From Octopus vulgaris (Eukaryota), in contig OX597817.1 of the NCBI GenBank assembly GCA_951406725.2, forward strand, positions 20,336,001 through 20,400,000: a stretch of DNA of 64,000 nucleotides, in the 5' to 3' direction. A model generated the notes under the pieces. The model did not search any database and was not told where the DNA came from. It saw only the letters and a list, made by a program, of their open reading frames with translations. Position 1 is the stretch's first letter. Each line of letters begins with the position of its first letter. Position numbers and translations under genes: made by a program. Positions 56,018-64,000 of the stretch are shown here, in pieces.

Positions 56018-56206
56018 GCCATGATAGATCGCTAGCCACTACACATTCTTTTATTTTCTCTCCTTGTTTCTTTCTATGTTCCATTCTGTAGAAGAGCGTA
56101 TGCTTGAAACGTTAAAGACATTTTCACTTCCCGAGCGTTAAACTAACATATCAGTTTGTTCTCTACAGCATCTGTCTCCGTCTTTTGTTCTTTTGTGTAT
56201 TCTCCG

Positions 56207-56262
<56 letters not shown>

Positions 56263-56519
56263 GATTTTATATATGCTTCAAGCTTATAGTAATTACCGTG
56301 CATATGACGAAGCAAAAAAGTGTAATAAAGGGGCATATAAGCCCTCGACAGAAAAAGACGGCCTTCCTATTCATGGTATGATTTTAACATTCATATATGA
56401 TTTTATATTTGTATATCTCTATATTGATATTATTTACACGATTGTAAATTCGACGCCGTATATACAAAAACAATTGCACAAAAGCATATATATTAATAAT
56501 AATAATAATAATAATAATG

Positions 56520-56723
<204 letters not shown>

Positions 56724-56734
56724 GTAATAATAAT

Positions 56735-59335
56735 GAACAGAACAAAAAGTTCAACTCCGACCCCCAAAAGTTCTACCAAGAACTGGGCAAAAATAAAATA
56801 GAAGTCACTGCAGCACCAACGGCAGAAGAATTGGAAGAATTCTGGAAAGAAATATGGTCGGCAAACGAACAGCCAAAAAAAAGGAGTATGAAAATAACAA
56901 ACTCGGCATCTGAACAACTTTGGACCCCCATAACAACTGAAGAGGTCACCCAGGCACTGCAAAAACTAAGCAACTGGAAGGCACCTGGGCATGACAAGAT
57001 CCCCAACTTCTGGTTGAAATATCTAACAGGAATGCACAAAAAGCTGGCTGAAAATTTTAACAGCATACTAGCAGAGCCAGAGACAATGCCTGAATGGCTC
57101 ACGAAGGGGAAAACCATCTTAATTCCCAAATCAAATGAAACAACAAAACCAGAAAACTACAGACCAATAACCTGCCTCCCTACTATGTTCAAGGCATTTA
57201 CTGCAGTGATATCGCAAAGGCTGAACAAGCACCTGGACGAAAACAAACTGTTCCCAGAAGAGCAGAAAGGATGCCGCAAGGGCTCATATGGCTGTAAAGA
57301 TCAACTAATGATTAATAAAGCCGTAACTGAAGACAGCCACAGAAAGAAGAAAGGCCTCAGTATGGCCTGGATTTACTACAAAAAGGCGTTTGATAGCATC
57401 CCCCACACATGGATCCTCGAAACACTAGCCATTAACAAAGTAGCACCAACAATCATAAAATTCATAGAGCACTCTATGAATAAATGGCAAACAGTCCTAC
57501 ACCTCCAAACAAAAGAGGGACTCATGAAAACCAAAGACATCCTCATTAGAAGAGGAATATTCCAGGGAGACACGTTCTCTCCACTCCTTTTCTGCTTGGT
57601 ACCGTCACCTCTATCTGATATGCTAAATTGAACTGGATGCGGATATAAATGTTACGGCAAAACGATCAGCCACCTTTTATATATGGATGACCTAAAACTA
57701 TACGCTGCAAATGACAAACAGCTGGAAACACTATTAAAGACAGTTCATGGATTTACCAAAGAAATAGATATGAAATTTGGATTAGAAAAATGCGCCAAAG
57801 TAACCATGAAAAGAGGAAAACTAGTTAAGAGTAACAACATCACACTAGATAAAACCAATGAAATAAAAGAATTAGACCAAAGCCAAACTTACAAATACTT
57901 AGGAATCCATGAACTAGATAAGACACAACACACACAAATGAAAGAGAAAATAAAAAAAGAATATTATAGACGAGTTAGATCAATACTAAAAACAGAGCTC
58001 AATGCTAAAAACAAGATAATAGGTATCAACACTTTAGCTGTCCCAGTTATAAGTTACAGCTACAATATCCTTAACTGGACACGAAATGAACTGTCCAAAA
58101 TTGATAGGAAAACAAGAAAAATACTGACAGGATCTAGGATGCATCACCCAAAATCTGACATAGAAAGACTATATATACAGCGTATAGAAGGTGGTAGAGG
58201 CCTTATACAGCTGGAAAACTACTATAAAATAACCACCATAGGACTGCAAAAATACCTACTTCAGAAGGAAGGAAAACTGATCCAGATAGCAGCAAAACAC
58301 GAGCAAAACAAAAAACTGTTCTCAGTATTTAAGGAAACTGACAAATACAAACAAGAAATCATACCACCTAATAAACACAAAGAAGAAGAAGAAGATGATG
58401 AAGAAACAACAAAATCTATAAAACAAATGAAATCCAAACTAAAAATAGAACAGCAACGAGCCATGATAAAACGATGGCAAGAAAAGCCCCTTCATGGTAA
58501 ATACTGGACTAAACTAAACGCAAAAGAAATAGACAAAGAAAAATCCCAGCAATGGTTGAGAAGCTCAGGACTCAAAGCAGAAACAGAGGGATTTTTAATT
58601 GCAGCACAAGACCAAAGCCTCCCCACCAGAAATTACCAAAAACATGTAATGAAAAGAAATATTACAAGTAACTGCAGAATATGTGGAGATGGACAAGAAA
58701 CAATAAATCATATTATCTCTAGCTGCCCAGTCCTGGCTAAGAAGGAATATATTCACAGACATGACAGAGTTGGAACCTACATACATTGGAAGCTATGCCA
58801 ATATTATGGAATAACAACAGAAAAAAGATGGTATAGGCACACACCAGAAAAGGTCACAGAAAACGAGAAAGCAACCATACTCTGGGATATGCCGATACAC
58901 ACAGATAGAGAAATTAAGGCCAACAGACCAGATATAGTTGTCAGAGATCATGAAGAAAAAAATGCTTTCTAATTGATGTATCAATACCGGCAGATGACAA
59001 CGTGTCTCTAAAAGAAATGGAGAAACTCTCAAAATACAAAGACCTGGAAATAGAGGTAACTAGAATGTGGAACCTGAAAACAGAAACAATTCCTATCATA
59101 GTAGGTGCATTAGGCATGATAAAAAAATATTCAGACAAATACATAACAAAAACACCAGGACTTACAAACACATATAACATACAGAAAATTGCACTACTAG
59201 GCACTGCACACATCCTACGCAGAACACTTTCCATACAATAACCATCAGAGCATCACAACAAATCACAGCACATACCCAAGGCACACAGAGCTGCGCTCGG
59301 TAGTGAAGTGAAAGAACGCTATAAAAATAAAATTA

Positions 59336-59340
<5 letters not shown>
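56735..59340 (+). mobile_element. R4/Dong-like non-LTR retrotransposon (RT + CCHC + restriction-like endonuclease), 5'-truncated, 3'-complete
   Basis: RT motifs as in copy 1, then CRIC...ETINHIISSC, RHD, NRPDIVV..LIDVS and KLSKYKDL. TGA at 57629-57631, frameshift in an A-run at ~58960, stop at 59241, ~100-nt 3' UTR, (TAA)n on both sides. Confidence 0.95.
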
Positions 59341-59418
<78 letters not shown>

Positions 59419-59428
59419 TGATGATAAT
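59339..59428. repeat. (TAA)n tract at the 3' end of the LINE
   Basis: Seen directly. Confidence 0.95.
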
Positions 59429-59781
59429 ATAAGTTACAGAGATGTACTTGCGTAGCAAGTGATCTGATCTGAGATCGTGAGCTGGAACGAAAACCATTGC
59501 AGCCTGGAATGTGTTTATAAGCTACTTATGAAACACAAAAAACCGTTAGATTCACTTCAATATTTAGATTGAATTTTTCAAAATATTTTCGTAGCTTTGA
59601 GACCGCGACCTATTCACTGGCAATGTTCCGTGCAGCACGGAATTAATAAAAAAGACTTTTCTAAAACATAGAATAATACACTCAAAATATAGAGATATAC
59701 AAATATAAAAACATACATGAATGTTAAAATAATGCAAGGAAAAGATAAATACATATACATTTATAAATATGATGGAGAGTA

Positions 59782-59894
<113 letters not shown>

Positions 59895-60409
59895 GTGTGT
59901 ATGTATATACATACACATACATGCATTTATATTATTATTTAATTGAACTGAACGCATCCATTTGCAACTAATTGTATCTTAACCTTTTTGACGTAACTCT
60001 ACTTTATACTGTTTTCTCTTCTATCCTCTCAAATTCCCTTTTCTCCCTCTCATCGTTATCTGTTCATCTCTCTCTCCCACTCTTTCTCTTCTCTCTCTCG
60101 ATGCTCACGCGGGACCATCGTCCATCTTTCTCTTTCTCACGTAAACATCTTTCTTTCCTTCAGGGACGTTCTAATAACTGGACGTCTTCTATCCTTTCTC
60201 TTTTCAAAGAAAGTACTTCTCACAATGTTCACTATTTTTCTACTCATTTAAGTCTAACGACCCTCCATGTTCGGTTTTCCTGTATGTCTCCACGGTCCTG
60301 TTTTTGTTCCTAACTCTGACCCTCCATAAATCAAAAATATTTTTGGTACTTTTGATAACAACTGTCTTCAAACACTCATAATGTCGTTGATTGCTCGAAA
60401 TGGGGAGTA

Positions 60410-61030
60410 GATAGAAAGTCGACGAATGTCCTCCAGACGACTATCATGGTTTCCTTCTCTCTCGCTCTGAACGTTCTCAGGATTCCTCCAGCCAGTCGTC
60501 TACAGTTTGTGAGCATCCTGGTAACGTGCACTTGGAAAGAGGTATCATCACTCATGTCGAAATCCTGGTCCCTCACTAATTTAGGCTCTGGAATTGTTAT
60601 CTCCAGTGGACTAGTGCACCCTGTAATGTTTATATCCAGTTTTGGATGCTGGAAGCGCAGGGCTTAGAATTTTTCAGCATTACACTGCATATTATTGTCC
60701 CAAGCCCATTTGTAAATTGAGTCCCACTCCTACTGCAGATGTGCAACATCGCTGCAGTTCTGTATATTATTCGAGACTTTCGTATCGCCTGCGTAGCTAA
60801 CAAGGGTGGCTATCCGGGTAATTGAGAGTATAACTATGGGGGCACATATGAAAAGCAGTATAATATTCATGTTTTCATTGAGGTGGCTCCATTTGCAACT
60901 ACTGCCTGACTTCTAACTTTCAGAAAGTCATGTAACCACTCTCCAAGTTTTCTAGGTATACCGAGATCAAGCTGTTTCTGGTATATCGTACCATGATCCA
61001 CTTTTCAAATGCTTTTGCAAAGTCAACAAA
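60410..61030 (-). mobile_element. CR1/L2-group LINE reverse transcriptase fragment
   Basis: Minus-strand peptides VDFAKAF, WLHDFLKVRSQAVVANG, SYAGDTKV, IYKWAWDNNMQCNAEKF and AGGILRTFRAREKETM, with stops and frameshifts. Confidence 0.88.
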
Positions 61031-61034
61031 TTCA

Positions 61035-61255
61035 GTGAAAAACTTAATTATTGAACAGTGGAAAGCAGGTAAAAGTTATAGGAAAATATCAGAGAGCCTT
61101 TGTATTCCGTTTTCTACTGTATCTTCATTTATTCAAAGATATTAAAAAATCCGGAACTGTTGAAAACAGAATACGATCCAGTGCACCACGCAAGATTTCA
61201 CTATGCGTGTGTTCCTTTGTCACGAAAAAAAGACACGACTATCCCAAAATATAAC
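61035..61255 (+). mobile_element. Tc1-like transposase N-terminal HTH fragment
   Basis: KNLIIEQWKAGKSYRKISESLCIPFSTVSSFIQRY, then after a frameshift SGTVENRIRSSAPRKIS. Confidence 0.7.
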
Positions 61256-61589
61256 TATATATAATTTTATGTGTGTATTCGTATGTATGTATGTATGTAT
61301 GTATGTATGTATGTATGTATACATGATGTACATAAATTAACTTACATTCAAAAAATTCGCAATGAAATGGAAAATAAAGATAATTCAGCAAAGTTTAAAG
61401 AGAAACATTGGTAAACAAAGAAAATTATTAGAAATATCATAAAGAACACAATCAAGTAGTCTACACCACTTACTGCAACATAGCTAACGATAATTAATTT
61501 CTGACACAGTGCGTTGCAGCCTTCACTTATGAATTTTGTTTATGTTTCTTTTTAAATTTTTTCCTTTGATATCATGAGGTTTTACTCAT

Positions 61590-62560
61590 ATATAAGTTAG
61601 ACATGAAACCTATTTTCATGGTTCTGAATTACTTCAGAATCCAACCAGCCACGTACATGCACATTGTTGCCAACTTTGTGATGCTCACAGGAAATTTTGC
61701 CTCTCTGCCCTTCTTTTTTACCATGTTACCGACCGTTACTCTGGGATATCACCTCCTTGTGATGTGTATTCTGCCTGTATTAGCGTACTCGAAACTTTCC
61801 AGCATCGGACTACGTATTAGTTTCAGCAGCCCATTTCTATATTTTATTGAGGTTTCTCTGAAATTTCAGTGTCATGAAGGCCCTTTACTAGTTTCAATAT
61901 TTTCATGCATAGCTGATGAGGATGGCCGACAATATGATTTAAGGCAAGCGACAGTGCCACTACAAATAGTAGTGATCCCAGTACATTTATCTGGACGACT
62001 GCACTGGGAACTAATTTTTCCTCAGAGTTTGCAATTAACATCTGCTCTGTGATTTCTTTATATGAAAATGTCATGCAACTATTCTTTTAGCCTTCTAGTT
62101 ATACAAATGTCACTGAGGTTTCGATATATCGTCCTATGATCTGCTTTGTCATAAGATCTTGGCAAAAGTCAATATAAATCATATCCATTTTTTAGTGGTT
62201 GACCTATTGTTTCAGTACCACATCACTGAGTTATACTTGTTGTGTGAGGCAAGTCCCACTCGGACGAAGCAACGTTGCGTATTTGTGAGCAAGCTACTTA
62301 CTTCTAGGTGTGTGATCAGTCTCCTTCTGAGAATGCATTCCATGGCTTTGCTAACATGTGTAGTCAAACATATAGTTCTTAATTTATGTCATCTACTCTG
62401 AATCCTCCCTTATTGACGGTGTATAATATAGTTTCTCCTATCATTTTCGGAAGCAGTTCCCCCCACATGTAATATAATTCTGAAGATATATTTTTAGTGG
62501 TTTGTGGGTAGTTTTCTTGTATGTATTTAAATGAAGAACCCAAAATACATCTGGGTTCAT
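61590..62560 (-). mobile_element. Older, heavily decayed CR1-like RT fragment
   Basis: Minus-strand remnants NKGG, LTTHVSKAMECILRRRLITHLE..LLTNTQRCF, DMIYIDF, VLGSLLFVVAL and VAGWILK.F. Confidence 0.7.
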
Positions 62561-62586
62561 TGTTGACTTAAATTTCATTTTATGCA

Positions 62587-62630
<44 letters not shown>

Positions 62631-63068
62631 CACCTTCTTCCTTTATGTCCATGTAATCGATTGTTGCTTCTTTATGTGTAGATCTGTGTAGTAGAAATTC
62701 TCATCAGGCTTTCTTTCTGGCGTATATTCTAACCAGAAAAGTGAAAACATTTTGGAATTCTCTATTTAGTATTTCCCTTTTTCATAATGGTACCTTGTGT
62801 CAGGGAACCATTTATTCAAACCATGGCCCCTACTTTGCAGTGCACTCAAGCAGAATCATTTGCAAACTTCTAGAGGGCTCTAGGATTCTTAGTATGTCTT
62901 CTACTGCTTGGTTTCTCTTTCTTCCTTTTGGTTTTAATGGGGGAATCCGAATTTCCTTTTGACTCTAAAAGTACAAATTTCAGATTACTCACTATCTTTA
63001 AGCGGTTTATATAAGTGATTATTTTCCGTCTAATAACAAATCACATATCTCGGGGAATAATGTTTTTT

Positions 63069-63788
63069 TTAGTATTGGCTCCAAATACTGAGACAAATTT
63101 TATGCATGTGGCTTGCGTTATTCACATGAAAACTTTTGTGTATCGTATCAATATCTTGCATGGAGATATATGAAAGCAATGTCGTCTTCAGGTAGGGGAT
63201 CAATGGACTGTTTTCCGGTGGCATCACGTATCCAGAGACCCAATTCTGACTTATTGTTTGGCTTGCTATCAATAGATAAATGACACAGAGTTCAGTGTCT
63301 TGATTTAATCAAGGAACCATAATGCTGTTAGGAGAATCGCACTTCATGGCAAAATTTACTAAAGGATGTTTTTTTTCATATATTACCTTACAGTCTGGCA
63401 TGTGACCATCACAACATATCTCCTTCTTAAGTGAAACATGTTTAGACACAAATAGTGGTGGCTGTAAGTTAAAATCTAAATCGTATTTCTTGTGGTGTAA
63501 AACTGCCTGATAACAACATAAATTGTTCAAGTGGTTCTGCGATATAAATTTGGATTTCGCTTCACATTCATTTCACAAATATCCTTCTTTTCCACAAAAT
63601 GAAATTGGCTGCATCACAATAAATTCCTAAATCTGTAAATGCGATATGATATGTGTACGTACGGACTATCCACTTTCATTTGTTAAAACGTCCTCAGCAT
63701 TCCCATCGTTGTCAATGACAACGTTAGCTTTATCTAAAAGCAACGATATCATCAACATTACCAGCAGCTTTACAGTGCCACATAACAT
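63069..63788 (-). pseudogene. Possible decayed gene for a secreted Cys-containing protein, family unknown
   Basis: ATG at 63788 gives the signal-peptide-like MLCGTVKLLVMLMISLLL. The same frame includes ORFs 63309-63530 and 63069-63272 and has 4 internal stops in 240 codons. Confidence 0.3.
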
Positions 63789-64000
63789 TGTTGTTTTTTG
63801 TTTTTTTTACCTAAGATTATGAAATTTTAATTCATAAAGTTTTTGGTTTTTCATTTTACATATTTTAATATTTCTCTATCAAAATATTAATGTGATATTG
63901 CTGTCATGAAACCCGGCGGGAATACATTTTAAAGTAAATAACATGAAATATAAAATAAATACAATTTTGATAGTATTTCCTTTTATCATCCTTTTATTTT

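Overview
AT-rich, microsatellite-laden eukaryotic DNA, most likely an octopus (coleoid cephalopod) genome, inferred from the SINE repertoire and (TA)n density. No intact host gene is recognisable. Most of the window is a head-to-tail tandem duplication of about 26.6 kb (about 5453-32103 and 32102-58650), estimated by eye at >99% identity. Its junction cuts an R4/Dong-like RT-RLE LINE, whose 3'-complete copy (56735-59340) lies between (TAA)n tracts. The rest is a patchwork of mariner, maT, Tc1 and Tigger remnants, CR1- and HERO-like LINE fragments, tRNA-derived SINEs and Penelope-like element (PLE) debris with two GIY-YIG endonuclease remnants. The most interesting signal is non-coding: several unrelated type I hammerhead ribozyme (HHR) motifs. 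They occur in a 506-bp direct repeat (retrozyme/pLTR-like), a 597-bp direct repeat, a ~334-bp fold-back with one HHR on each strand, and as minimal variants. All calls were made by eye, without alignment or database searches.
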